DNA of 64,000 bases from Ruditapes philippinarum (Eukaryota). Numbering within the stretch: position 1 is the stretch's first letter; each line of letters opens with the position of its first letter. The notes beneath the pieces are model-generated. The model made no database searches, had not been told where the DNA came from, and worked only from the letters and a program-made list of their open reading frames with translations. Made by a program: the position numbers and the translations under genes. Below are positions 41,111 to 56,273 of this stretch, in pieces. Location: NCBI RefSeq assembly GCF_026571515.1, contig NW_026863466.1, forward strand, positions 186,001-250,000, in the 5' to 3' direction.

Positions 41111-44100
41111 AAATATGCTAATAACTAATTCGCATAAAATACATGTCATCATAACTTTTAAGAGTTGTGAAATGTGTACCGCTCAAGCCGGTGCTAGGGG
41201 ACGTGAGGAATGTTGCATTTATTCATTATCCTTAATGTACAGACTCAATAAAATCGAATCGGCAATTCTCATGTCGTTTTGTTGTGATAAATGCTTCTTA
41301 GAGATCACTTCCAGATTTTTATCAATCGTATGTATTTATGTCACAAAATGAAATTTGATCTTTTCTTGATTACACAGTAATTCAAGTTATAATTGAATCT
41401 CTTGAGACCAATTGCTGATAAGTTTGGCCTAATTGAAATTGTTCACAAATAATCCCAAATGGTGAAGTACAAACAAGAGCAGTCATACAAGAATAAGGGT
41501 TGAAAATTTTATATCTTTAATTCTACTGACATATAGTGTAATAATCTTAATCGTAAGCGTAAGAAATTTGTTATGATCACTATGCATGCATTATATCGCT
41601 TAGGGACAAGCTTCCGATATAAAAGTTTGCTACATTAAACGCTTTAATATATCAAGTGTGCGCTCGTTTGCGTTATGCGTATTTGCTTAATTTCGCTTTC
41701 CGCATAATGCAATCGTGAAATTTGATGGCAATATGTTATTTTTAAATGTATTTTAAAATCGTTATTACTGATTAATTTTATTGTCTTTTAATGTTGATTG
41801 ATAATCAGCACCAATTATTGCCATGCTAAAATGTGATTACAGTACAATCACCATTTTACTATGTTTGTTACTAAAATAGCAACATGTTTCATTTCTACGT
41901 TTAGTAGAAGCTCTTAGATTTATCTAATTAGATTATATTGGCTTTCTTAAGGAGAAATTGTATATCCAAAGGCTAATTGTTTCTTTTTGTTGTTGAAGAA
42001 GACGTAATCAATATGTGTTGATCTAATAAGAGTCTTAATTATCTTGTTGCACCAACACATTGAATTAAGAGCATCATTTTGATAAAACAATAGCGTACAA
42101 GTACATGGAATCTTCAATATTGTTATATTGTCGAAGGATATAATTAACAAGTGATACGGTCAATAGGAAAATGTTTTAAAATGGAATTTAAAACGGAAGC
42201 TGATTACTTTTTTTAAATTCTTAATTTGAGATTGTAATAATATTGTTCGTCTTAGAATGGTACTCAAGCTTTAAAAAAGTTTCTTATTTTCATCTTAACA
42301 TAACATAAATAACACATATTGATTTCAATTAATTCCTTCAAAGGTCTTTAGCATTTAACTAAAAAAACACACACACAAAAAACTTATTTTCAAATTTTTC
42401 AAAAGTTTAGTTCTTTACTTGTTTTTATTTTAAGACATAAAATAATCATCGGACCATTAGAAAATTTAAATTCTTTATTAGTGATCCCTTTTGAATTTTA
42501 AATAAATTTTCGTGCGTTTGTACATTATTGAAATCACACTTAATCAATATCGCTTCTGTACACTCTGTTAATCCTTTTTTAAATCAATACTTGTTTTTGA
42601 GAGCAGAGCAATAGAAAAAAGTATGCTTGTTCAGAGATAAAAAAAATATTTCTTATGTCACGTTCTAGATTGATTTTGATAAGGGTATAGATTAGACTCT
42701 GATAGTTTTAACTCGCAGACGTTTGCCAAATTTGTACATTATAGCAACGAAATCAAGAATATTCAAGTTGAATGACCTGGAGTGCACGAGTGAAATATCA
42801 TTTGATTTTACGTACAACACAAACACATTTTATATTTTTTTATGCTTTTGTAGGGGTTCTAAGTCAGTTCTAATTTCTTTTTCGCGTAACGACTTGCTCT
42901 CTCATTCATTACGTTATCAAGTCATGACGTCAAATTTGTCATGAAAAAAAAAGATATGTGCATATATTCCTTTGTTTCTCGTATTCCTTTGTTTCTGCAC
43001 AAGATAAATAATTTTTAAATAATCCAAAATGTTTGAAATATGTATGAAAATGTTACCATACGCACCCATTTTTAACACTTGTTGGGTCATTTACCTGCTT
43101 AAAGTTCTTTATTCAATATACCGCTATAATCTACAAGGTAAACGGTTGTTAACAAAGTTTACCAAACATGTTTCAGAAGAACATTAGTTGATTTTGTCAA
43201 AACTAAAGAACTTTAAAATGTATCGTAATGTTTCAGATTTTTATGTATATAAATTAATAAAAGGGGAATCGATATCCCCAAAAAATTATTATTTCGGCGG
43301 CAAGGGTGAATAAATCAAACACAGACATTATTCTAAGTATATTCGTTAGTTTAACACGGTTTCCCCATTGTTTTTGTTAGTTTAATGATAGGGATTACAA
43401 TGAATGAGGAGTTCTGAATTGAAATGCCCGTCTGCCACTTTCTGATTTTTTATGTCTATATGCATGATTTCAAGATAATATTAAGTATAACCGAGCATAA
43501 AAGATGTAAATTGTACATTTAATTATCACGTCCGAATTAGTAATTCAATAAGTTATGAATAGCTTATACAAACGACATCAACGGTTACATGGGAGGCTGG
43601 CAACAAAAATATGTATTAATATTATCATAAGCATATTTGTTGAAATACTTGTATGTGATTTTTAGGTCAATATCTTGTGACGGGCTAATCTTAAGGATAT
43701 TACGGTTACAAGAGAATATCAACCAAAAGGATTTAACTTTACGAGGGGGGCTTGCAGTAAAATATTTATTTATGCTATCATTAGCATATTCGTTGGACCA
43801 CCTGAATGTGATTTATTTAGGTCGATAGCGGGAATCAATAGGTGACTGGCGGATTAAGCATATGAAATTAAATGCAAAGTCAAGTTCTGGTTATATTGTA
43901 GTCCATTATTCACCTTCAAAGATGATTTATTTGTCTAAAAATGGAAAAAATAAACGAACAAAAAGAATATTGTATTTGCTTTCATGTTAATTGCAATCTT
44001 AATTTACTATTTTTATGGCAGTAAAGGAAATAATATGTTGTCTGTTTAATTCATTCATATCTAAAAACAGCGTTTTAAGGATGTCTGTAAGAAGGTTGAA

Positions 44101-47100
44101 AAAGTCAACATGCGAGTGCTATAAAAAGGGTTCAAAACGATATTACTAGAGGTCAGTTTTACTTTGATATCCTTATCAGGAGAAAAAATAACACACTGTG
44201 AAGAAAATGTTAGATAATATCATAATCAAATTGCCCGATACTAATTACTTTAACGGTTTAAATACTTTAAGGCAGATGGATCCTGATTTAAACCTTAGAG
44301 TTAATGAAAAATTAAATGTGTACAACAATGCTGAAACTACTCATGAAACCAAAACGAAGCAATTTAAGGATATACAATGCCTTGTTGCTGTTTGCAATAA
44401 CAAAATATTTGAAATATATTCAGATATCGTAACCCCAATGCATTTAACTTTATTCCGGGAAAGAAGCAAAACTCTAATAATTACAAACATTTTATAAAGA
44501 TATTTATTTTAGTAATTGAAGAAGAACTGAACCTATTATTTCAGCTTTACTTTTTCATAAAAAAATATTGATTCTTAGAAGAAAGATAAATCATAGAATT
44601 AGAAAGGCCTACTATTATTAGAATAAAAAGGTAACTCGTTACTTATCATTTATTTGCATTTTTTTGCAGCTTTCATTAAGACTTAAAAATAAATTCATCG
44701 ACTTCTGACTTTATAATCGTTGGGTATTTGATAATCGGTGTATTTCTTGAAAATGTGTCTGAATCAATTATAAATATGTGTTGTTAAAAATTTATTAGAT
44801 TAATAGATTAGTCTTTATTGTTTTCTTCCAATAACCAAAATTTTAAATGATAGGAGTAATAAATATAAAAAGTCCTGCCTTTCGTCAATAATTGCAGCAC
44901 GTGTTATTTTTATATTTAATATCATTTTATCAATATTATACTTGCATGCCGTAAGCTTTTAATGGTTCCCATGTTCCCCATCGCCTACAAAGTCAAACAA
45001 TTGACATTTGTTATTATAATGTACTTTGACAACTACGCAGTCCTTTTCTTAACGACAGAAAAAATGTCATTTTAAAGAGTTTAACACAAAAGCAGATTGT
45101 CTGAAGAGATATAATATGCATGCAACTTTGTGAGTTGATTCAAAGAACTGTTTGAAAAAATCACATATTTTGTGATTTACACAGATTTTATATTACAAAC
45201 GGCATACTTCATCAGTTGAATTTTTGATAGTATTCTGTAAACGGTTATAATACACCTTTAATTGACAGCCCTTTCATCAGATTTTGTAGGCAAGATGTTA
45301 AATTCAATGCAAATACCTAGATGTAGTCATTATTCTGTTCCTTTACCATTCAATTTCGAAAGATTCGTCTATCAAAAAGTTATAAAATTTTGTGTTAGCA
45401 TGTTAATATGTTATATAGTTCGTTCGCTGTGAATTGAAATGTGTTTTATTATGCCAGCTTAAAATTTATTTGTGTATAACAAATAAAGTTTTATCAGTGT
45501 TTAAACTCCATTGTATTCATTAACAATAAAAATAATCATGAATCTGAAGACGTTTTATTATACATGAATACAATCATACAGCTTAGCGTTAACGTTTTAC
45601 CAAAAAGAAATGCATACGTCATTATTAGAATTAAGCTCTAATTTTGAAATTAACGTCATCCAACCATTTTTTATTGTTCCTAGCATTCTAAAACATTTTC
45701 AATTACTATAACATAACAGTCTTTTGGGATTGCTATTTCTGTTTGGCAAAACATGTTAATGCTTTAACACGAAAAGACAACAATATTACTTTTCTTGAAA
45801 TCATTTTCCAAGGCGTGCAAGAAATCATTTCAAGTTTAAAGAACGCAAATTTTGACTTTAAAAAATTATTTTTTACCTCAACGTAATGATGTAATAAATC
45901 GCAAATAAAAAAAATAATTGAAAATAATCACTGTGCTTTCTTTATAAGGAAACACAAAACATGTTTCTATTTCTTCAAATGATTTGTTTTACGTTATCAT
46001 CAAAATGTATTATTCTGCATTATTTGTAACATAAAATGCACGCTATCGGACTCATTAAATCAAAATTCAAATGATCTATTGTCATCGGTAATGTCAACGT
46101 ACTAACTTCATCAGTGCTGAAGATTAAAGAAGAAGATGTACACGTGTTTTGATTACAGCGTAATTTCGATTTTAGGTTACTTATAAAATGGTCAACATCA
46201 GAGTTGTTTTACAGTTTATTTTTCTTTCGAGGATTCTTGTAGATTTTCTTTGGTGTGTTACAGCATGATTTCATTATACCGCGTCCAAAAAAAGTGAAAA
46301 AAACTTAAATATCTATAAAACTAGAAAACAAAATTTTTTAAAAAAAATTGAGAAACTTATAATATAAATCGCGATAAAGCTTTAATAGGTGGCTATTCGC
46401 GTATTTCGTGTATTTATTATAAAACATAAAGCATCAGATGAAATTAGAAGGCAATTACAAATATGAAAACTTGGCGGGTAAATATACCTAGAAATATCGA
46501 TGGACTAATACAATAGTTCATATCGCCTCTAGTGGGTTCAATAAGTTATCATTTTTATCTTAACCATATTTTCAAAGCAGATCCTGTATTAACCCTTACT
46601 TGATATAGTGGAGAGATCGAACACTTTACTCAAAATATAATATTGTGTTTAACTTAATTACATTTTGATCTACAGTATTATAATACAGATTTGAATAGAT
46701 ATACAAACTTCTAAACTTTTCCTTGTTTTATCTTTTATTATCGTGTACAAGTGTGTCGAACAGTTTGAATTTAATTTGTTTAACAAGATCATCATAACAG
46801 CTGTGCCGAAAGCAATTAACCAAAGCAAGAGAAATGGAAACATGTTTTACTACACAAAGAAAACAAAACAAACTGAAGCTTTCATGTCGTATCTACGTCA
46901 ACAAAGATCGTATCTACGTCAACAAAGATATTGTGTCAGTTAACTTGATTAGCCCATGCTGAATATGTCATAAGATATAACTGAAATGCCGAAAGGACTT
47001 ATTGTCGATTTTGCCACTGTTGTTAAAAAAGGCTATCAAGACTCTTGAAGATTAACAACCAATTTAAAAACACTTTTATAATTGAGCATTTTCATACTAT

Positions 47101-50100
47101 TAAAACAAACGAGGACAGAAAGTATGTTGTTGATCGCATAAATGAATTCATTATTCACTTAAAACTGTGTGTATTGCTAAATCATACAATGTGTAGCTTG
47201 AAGAAAGTGATTTAAAACATACGTGAAAGTGACACGTTTATTTACGTGACACTTTGGATTGGATTCACCCTGTGCGGTTTTCCATCCAATCTTAAAATCT
47301 ATATAAAAATAAACACTACTTCACAATATTTGTTACTAAAATAACATGTTGAATATCTACGCACAGTAGCAGCTTACTAGATTATTGGGTTTTACTTAAG
47401 GATCCAAAGGCTAATTGCAGATATTGCTGCTTTGATGCTTTACTTTTGTTAAAGAAGACGTGATCAATATGTGTTGATCTAATAAAAGTTTAAATTAACT
47501 TGTATTTCTCTACAAACTATTCAAGAGTATATTTTGAATTTTATTATATTATAGTTAGAGGTTTATAAACAAACCAATTTAAACAGCCCAAAAGGGAGAA
47601 ACGAAAGACCTGTTTTAGACATTTATCTTTTCGTTTTTAGCGTCTAACTAACGTAGACATTGACCTACATTTCTTAGACAAGACGTTTAAATGAATGGTT
47701 AAATAAACTTTATTGAGGACTGTTTATTCGAGATAGACTGTCAAAAAATACAAATAAAGGCATCTAATTGGACGACAAAGTAAGACAAAGTACAAATCAC
47801 GTCGACAATTTAAAGGCCAATTATGCCTCAGAAGTTACTTTATTTTTATTTCTTAAAATTTCTTTGATTTTAGTGTACAGTACATTTTTAATATCCAAAA
47901 CGTTACTAATTAGTCAATTACCTTAACAATCTTGTTCATATTTTGCTTTTTTGGCAAAAAGTACATTTAAAGTGAAATAGTAATTTGTATATAGTTAAAA
48001 TAATACATTGTTTACATTTTGCTATTTTGATGACAAAATGTTTCACATTTATCGCTATTTATGCCATGTAACAAGCATCTCACATTCTCTGAAACCAATA
48101 TTTAAACATTATTAAATTCATGTTTAACCTTCCTAAAGAAAACAAAATTTAATTGTTTTAAGACAAAATGTGCCTATAAAAAAATTTGACTAGAAACGGT
48201 CAAGCAGGTCAAAAACGTACAAGTAAACTGAATCTTCGAAATTATCGGACAATCGTAGAATGTGTCACGATTTAGTGTTACAGTCAGTAGTTAACGGTCT
48301 TTCCGATGGGAACTAATTTTTATTTTTACAGTTATATTAAATTGTGATACACATGTTAGTTTAAAGATTGAACTGAAGGCGTGAAGTGTAATTGCTGCTT
48401 TTGTATTGTGTTGAAATAATTTATGACCTTTCTCGGAAATGAATTGGCATTAAAAGGAACTTAAAAGAAATTTTGTAATTTCCAAATTTATTCACCAAAT
48501 TGTGGTATTTACATCTTCAATTTGTCTGTAAGAAAAATGATTTACAGTTGTCTTCCAAGGAAAATTAATGCTAAAAAGCGATCATAACCAAAATAAAAAA
48601 GAAATCATTTCGGTTTAGGTTTACAGTCATTCACATATCCCTTTGCCGATGTCGAATTACGAGAAATAAGAAACAGTTTTTAAAGGTAAGGTATACTACT
48701 TATGCAGTTTATATAATATTTTTCAAGTTACGATGGTTGATACACCAAACACAAATACATAATTCTATATAGACATTTAGGTGGTATTATTGCTTCGGTT
48801 AGTTTAACAGTAGGCATTACAAACAAATGAATTCTAAGCTGTAATACTCATGGGCATGTGGCAATCATATATTATCAGAAAAGAAAAATCGACGTAAATT
48901 GTACATTCAAGTCTCTTCCCCGACTATTCTTTAATAAGTTATGATATATATCCAAAGGACATTGCAGTTTTACGCAGAAATAGAAACAAAAAAATGTTAT
49001 TTATCATTTTCAGTGTCCAGTATATGAACTTTTTGGGATACTGGTGAGCGTTTAATTTAGGTTACAAGCGGAAATTAATAAAGACTGGCGACTTGAAGCA
49101 ACTCGCGTTCAAGAAAAAAGTCAAGTACAATCATTGACTATGATTAAATTGTTTCAGGCCAGCATCTACTTTAAAAAGATGATTTAATTTGTCTAGAAAC
49201 GGAAATTAAATGTTAACAGAATTGGCATTTCTTCTCTAGTTATTTACATATTTATATAATATACTGTTGTTGTTTTTTGTGTGTTTTTGTGTTTGATGAT
49301 AATCTCAATTCCTCTTTTTGTAAAAAGAAGATTTATTTGCATATGGAACTCTAGCTCATGTCATGAAATCTCGTACAATTGAATTATATTTAATAACCTT
49401 CGACTTTGAGGTACTGTCATATTAATTTCGAATGTTGCAAACGCGGTAACTACTGGAGCTCCAGCTGGAAAAAAAACTTTATATATTGTTGACAATTTGC
49501 ATTCATAAACATCACAAACATCGACTTCTATTAACTTTAACAGCATTAAGCTTGTGAATGATACACATTTTTAACTTCACATGAAGATTGTTTTCTTTAA
49601 ATCTTTTGCACAATTGTTTTAGAAGATCAAAGTAACTTGTCATTTTGAATTTTACAGGAAGGTTGACATTTGTAATAGTGACGTTGAATTGTAGGCTGTT
49701 GCGAAAACGTATGTTTGTTGTTGCCATTGCGAGTTTTAACTACATGAAATAATTTACATAGTTGATTTTCACAATGATATCCTCCAATCTATGACCTTTT
49801 AACTCTAGTTCCTGCATAGGAAATTCCTCTTTAAAAGATAATAAATGGTGATTACTACATAACTTTGTAAAGTTAGTCTTCAAATGTTAAATGCACACAT
49901 TAAATATAATGAGTATAATAATAATGTTACTTCTGATTGTTGACAAATGTTACAAATTAGGCTAATCACTTGTAATTTTAGAATGAAAAAATATTAATGA
50001 CGGAGCACATGACTGCAATTCTTGTTAAGACTTAAGCATCACAAATAATTGCACTTTCGTATTTATGATTTATCATAATCGTTGGACATTCGATAATAGG

Positions 50101-53100
50101 TGCACGTGTTGAGAAACGTAACTTAAATCAATTATGAAAAGTCCCTTGTAATAATAAATCATTTCGTTAGACTAATAAATCAGTATAAAATGTTTCGTTT
50201 GACTAATTAAAATGCTATATGATATCTATAAGACATATAAAATGTTATAATTGTCATAAAATGTCATGCTATTCGTCAGTAGTGCACATATTAAAATGTA
50301 GCTCATGTAGGTCCAGAAATAATCATTTTGATCTATAGCCTATGTGTATACCCTAAGCTTTTAAATCCCTTGTAGAGTATCAACGCCTACGGAATCAAAT
50401 ACGTGATATCACAGAATAGATACCGATAGATTTTGTTGGAAATGTTTTTAAATGATCTATTGACGACTAAAGACACAATTCTTTGTGACTCCTGTAAACG
50501 ATTAGGAGCAAATAGTTTTAAGTCAACAACCTTTATGAAAGATAAGTATCAAATAATATTACTGGTATTTGTTAAATTTTGTTTTACGGCGCATCTACAC
50601 AATTTAAGTCATATGGCGCGTAGAGACAGCAAATATGATTATGGATAGCTTCGGATGTTACCCAGGTCAAACAGACCTGCTGACGCTAAGAGATGCATAT
50701 ACTTAAGAAACTCAAACCCATTTAGCCGTATCCCAACGATCACGCAGAGAATATGGTGGCTGCAATTCTGATGCCCCAAACCCTTAAAGGCAACGCCTCA
50801 GACACAAGTGCATAATATTACTGGTACGAATTTTAATATAAATTTAAAAAGCACAACAAATACAATTGTCATGAACGAAACGTATTTACACAGCTGCTTG
50901 TTTGCAATTTTTACTTAAAAATTTAATAAAGGTTGACGTTGACTATAAATGAAACGTTGTAAATAAGACATAATTATGTAGTTTGCTACAAACCGGCTTA
51001 CTTCTTACTTGTAAATGACATATCTGAACAATACCTGACTATGAAATGAGAACAAACAACAGCACGGCAAGGTGACCTTCACATAACTTAATCCAGCCAC
51101 AGCAGCATGGCATCCAGAAGGCACCGAACCAAAAACGGGAAGGGACAAAAAGGCGGTAAAAGATGGGGAGGGACATGTAATAAGTGAAATGATAACAAAT
51201 AAAAGGGGCTGATACGGGAACAAAAGGGGACAAGGGGTGTAACTAAATACTAGTGTTCATTTGTTGCATTGCTTTCGTGTATTTTGTTTGATTAAGTATT
51301 TTCTAAACAAAGATAAAATATGAAAAATCTGGGTTAATGGGATTAGTTGGAACAAGATACATTTTGAACCAAACAAATATTTTTATAATGAAAATCTCTA
51401 GGACAAATTCACAATGTTTTCTTTCAAAAAAGCTTACATTCCACATATAAACTCATTTGCATAATTTGTTTATATTCTGAAAGTAGTTCGTAGACGGGCA
51501 TATTACACTGTCTATTAGGAGACTTTTCAAGCCATTTAGTTTTTGAAAAATGAAAAGAAAAGAAAATCAACGTATTAGAAATAAATGGTGCGACTTTTCT
51601 GTCTTGAAAAATGAAATGCATAAGAATCCTTTAACCTTTTTTTAAACTTTGTCTTTATAAATTTTCAAAATTGAAAATTTAAAAGGATTTGGTCAACATT
51701 AAAATATTTTTTAAAAAATTTAAAATGACATTTTACATTTTTGAATGCAAATTTTTCAATAAAAATGTATTGCAATGACTGAAAAAACTTTGATAAAATT
51801 ATTATAGAAAAGAATTAATTTTTTATTAAAGCTTCATTAAAAGGGTCGGTACAATATTTTATTAAACCTTTTTTAAAAAAAATCTATTAGGTTTCACCTA
51901 AATAGTAGGTATTAAATCAATTGGTGTATTTGACTATATTTTTACTGTTCAATAAACTTCAATTGTTAAGAAGAAAAAAATGAATTATTTGACGTACTGA
52001 TTTAAATAAAAAGAAGACTTTTAGTGTTTATTTGTTAAAAAGCCTATATCGCATTACAGTTTGAAATTACGTCGTCCGGATAATTGCCTCTCATGTAGAT
52101 TCTGTTGAAGTCCCTTCAAAATAATAACCAAAACGTGAAGATTTATTGCCTGTTTGGCAGCTTTTGTACTAAACGACAAGAAGGATATTTTGATTGAATT
52201 ACCCTTTATTGCGTTGTTGTTTCAAACAACCTATTTTTTATTAACCTTTATTTCAGATGTAATAGAATACCATCGATTATTTATGATTACAATCACTGTG
52301 AACTGATAAAGCTGCAAATAATCGAAGCTCTTTCATTAGAAGTAAATGACTACATTCTTTTATTTCCCTCCATGTTTTGTTTTATAAATATGTTAATTAC
52401 CATCAAAGAAGCATGCATTATTTGTAACATAAAATGTGTGTTATCAAATATGTAAAAATATACGTACATTGTTGTATTACTTGAATGATTGATACTTTAT
52501 GAAAAAGCAAGATGAACCAATACCAACCAATACTTTTTAAAATTGAGATATGACTGTAACGTCCGTTGATTTTTCGTCGAATTTTGTTTTTAATCGCACA
52601 CGACCCTTGGTGTAGTAACTGTAAAATTTTGTTACCGTCCTTCACTGATAAAAGGGCATTGCATTTGAACACTAAAAAGGATGATAAATAAAAAAAATAA
52701 AACAATACTGTATAAAACTTACAATATAGGTAATGATATGAAACTCGATTGGAATTCAAAATTACGAAAGATGATTAAAAACCTACATTTTTGTTGTTTC
52801 GGTAGTTCTTATATGATTTAGTCTATTTTCAACAAGATAACATCAACATAAACAGGAATATGTCCAGCATTTTCTTTCTACAAAAAATCGAAAAACAAAT
52901 CGCTGAAAAACTACACAAAACAAAATGCAAACGTGACGGATTGACAATGGTCAGACTTTTCTGATTACGTATACCGAAAACCTGGCATTTACACGTGAAC
53001 TTCGTCTTCTTATCGTTGTAGCTAAAAGCGGAATGAAACGTTTTTGCTGCATATCATATTTTAATCCTTCTGGTGACATTTTGAATCGGACGATGGCCAA

Positions 53101-53994
53101 TAAGTGACACAAAAAGTGTTTTCACTCAATGCTGACAATAACTTAATTTATAACGGAGACCGGTACAATAGAGAAAACAGAATTCCTTCAGAACAGCCAT
53201 CGCATCGCGGCTAAATGGTAAATGTTGTAGGCTCGGTTCGATTGAGCCTGTTTATGGACGGTACTGGAAAGTGCAAGCTACCGTCCACGTCCTCTAACAC
53301 CGGCTGTAGTAAATTTCAACATTTAAAAATGAAAATGATGAAAACACAAAATTTCTTATTATTAAGAAAAAGGTAACATTTTATTACGTTGCATATTTCT
53401 CATTGTCTTGTTTCCTGGAAAAAAATTAAACATTAGTTTGTCAATGTCCGCTTAATCCATTTTAATTAATTACTTTAGCATGTAAAATATCTTTTGAGGA
53501 TTTAGCTTAAATATAAGCTTGGTATGTAAACAAGAAGTGTGTTTAATTTACAATTTACGGTTGGAAAACGTAAGCAAAAAATAAGTTTTGAAATGTTTGT
53601 AGAATGTTTGTGTAGTTCCTGTTGCCATATTTTAAGTGGCAATTCGTTAATATCTATTCAATTCAATTATAGTAAAATATCTTTTGATCTCGATACTAAT
53701 CTCATCAGATAAAATTAATTTGCATTAACAGACTAAAACAGAATAAACCAATATGCAAACTTGAGCCCTAAAGTTTTACACATGATAAAACATTAAAAAA
53801 CAAACATATCAGTAAATAATATTCAAAAAGAGATAACTTTCCGACGATGAAACAAGCGACCTATGGATTAACAATCAGATGCTCTTCCCATTGCGTTAAG
53901 CGGTCAGACTTTTGCATTCATTCAAATGGTATACCATCAACATTTATTTAAATACGAATTTATTTTCGTTCGATTGCGTTGAAAACTATAATCT

Positions 53995-54125
53995 TATTGA
54001 AACACTCTCGAATCAGTTCCCGGAACCAATTAGTACTAAGCATTGAGTGTAAAATTGCTGGCGCACAGAAAGAACGTCTTGTCCCTGACGGAGTTTGAAC
54101 ACACACGGTCAATCGGCCATGTCGC
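53995..54125 (-). mobile_element. Paralogous, internally deleted copy of the SINE at 21952-22110
   Basis: Same body sequence, with the region between the A and B boxes shortened. Confidence 0.7.
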
Positions 54126-56273
54126 CATCCGACATCAACATTTATTTCATTTACTAATCATAACAAATAATAAAAACAAAAACACGATAGCACGATTGTG
54201 TTGATTCAATATGTATTTAGTCAGAAAAGAAAGTGACATTAAATTAAATGGAAAAAATATTTGTGGATGATCCTCATGGATATTGTTTTTGTGTGTATTT
54301 AGGTCATACAAGATAAGAATCGAGATTTGGCCAAATTTTTATTAAATTGAAAGGCAGGAAATTTGATTACCCCTATGTGTGTTGATCTTTAATTGATCTC
54401 ACAGCAATAAATCACTTTTTATCCTGTGAACATTTCCAAAACGAGACAATTTCCACCAAGTTATTAACCGTAATTTACAATTCTAGTTAGAAGACTATAA
54501 TATATATTGAAATGATCAAAATTAACGGTGAAAGTAATAATGAAGAGGACGAAGAAAACCAAGCAAACGCAATAAGCAGCATAACATCATTTGTTACGAA
54601 GTTTGTTGTCATGTGACTTCTTTCGGAATACATCGGCTAATAATAAAGATGATAATTACTTACGAAAATTTGTGGTTATACAATAGGAGAGGTGATTTAT
54701 CACGTGCCATGTTTGACATTGGGCCATCTGTTATTGTTTATATATTTCAATATTTAAATTATAAACATATACCATGCACATATTTTCATATTCCAATGAT
54801 TCATACTTTTCAAAGAAAATCTTGTACTATAAATGTCGGGAAAAGTAACGGTGCTACGATGAAAAATCATGGACCATAGGAATAGATCAATATTCAGAAG
54901 CTCTTTCATTGGTTACTTTTTTCTGGGGTTTCATATTGTGACAACAGGAAACGCGTTTTTATGTTTGACGAAAGAACATCAAAACACTCGACAATCTGAT
55001 TTATACTCGGGGGCTAGGCCACCTCGAACAAATCAGATAGCCTCGTGTTTCGATGATCTTTCTATTACTTACTTCGCTTTGATGTCTTATTTTTCCTGTG
55101 ATTGTTTTTTTATTGATAAAACATAATCATATGTAATATAGATACAATCATTTAAGTAATTTGCATTGAGAATAAATTATTTTAGCCTTTGAAAATAACG
55201 TGAAAAATAGAGCTTACATCAATACAAGAAATGATAATGATGATGATAATAATACAATATACAATGTACTGCTACGAATACAAAACAATCGTTATCTCTA
55301 ACTCATTTTTAAACGATATAGGCCACACGTAGTTGATTGAGATAAACAAGCGCGTTTGAATTTGTATGTAATTTCTTTGTCCGTTGAGATTACTTCAGAC
55401 TACAGTAAGTTAAAAAAATGTAAAAGCAATAAACACGTGACATCAAATATATCATTTATTTCTAAATTTTAACTCGTTTTATTCATATACAACGATTTTG
55501 GATTTGTTCAGCTGGGCCCCATTCCGGTTGTTCTTGTTGGGGGATGCGCTCATTGTTCTTGTTTTTTTTCCATATTATTGTTTTCCGAGTTAAATTGGAA
55601 TAAACCAAAAGAGGATAACGCAAGATACAGTGGTTCCAGGTAACCCTTACCCCGACCCACCAAATATAATCTGTAAAAGACTAATTACAAAACAAAAAAT
55701 TAAACACACTCTCCGCGCCGATGAATTTAAAAGCCTTCTACTATGAAACAGAACAATTGACAATGTCAAATTAACTATGTCAAACTGTAATAAAGTGAAT
55801 ATGTGGTTTATCATGGATGAGGTTGTTCCTTTAAAAGTGTTATCTTCGTAAAGGATTTCCTTGTACACATAAAACCCTTGAGATAAATAATTCAAACATT
55901 AAGGAGTGAATGATAAGTGCAATGTACGTAGAACGTGTTTAATTTATTTTCACTTAAACTAAAACTGTGTATTTATCTGCATAATTGCACGTTTGCATAA
56001 TTAGAAACAAACATTCGAAACATTGTCGGAAAATAGATTATTGTAAACTATTCATTGTTTAATTGATAACCTAAAGTAAATTTAATGAATGTGCTTTAGC
56101 CACGATATATATAGTTGGCTTTATCATTATATAAGGACAAATTAAAGAAACTAGGGCACGAGTATCTTTATCTTGGAGTTGGTTGTAATATGCATGTGGT
56201 TTAAACTTTAAAAATTGTGTATGTTTTGAATGACTGAAACATAAACATTCAGAACAGACAGGCATATCACAAA

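Noticed and set aside
44198-44497. 99-aa ORF with a plausible composition
   Set aside because: Non-ATG start, spans a unit 2-specific insertion, and the frame is not preserved in the unit 1 paralog.
53228-53250. GGTTCGATT as a tRNA T-loop/B-box implying a tRNA gene
   Set aside because: Stem geometry does not fit a T-arm and there is no A-box or cloverleaf. It is the loop of the double-hairpin repeat.
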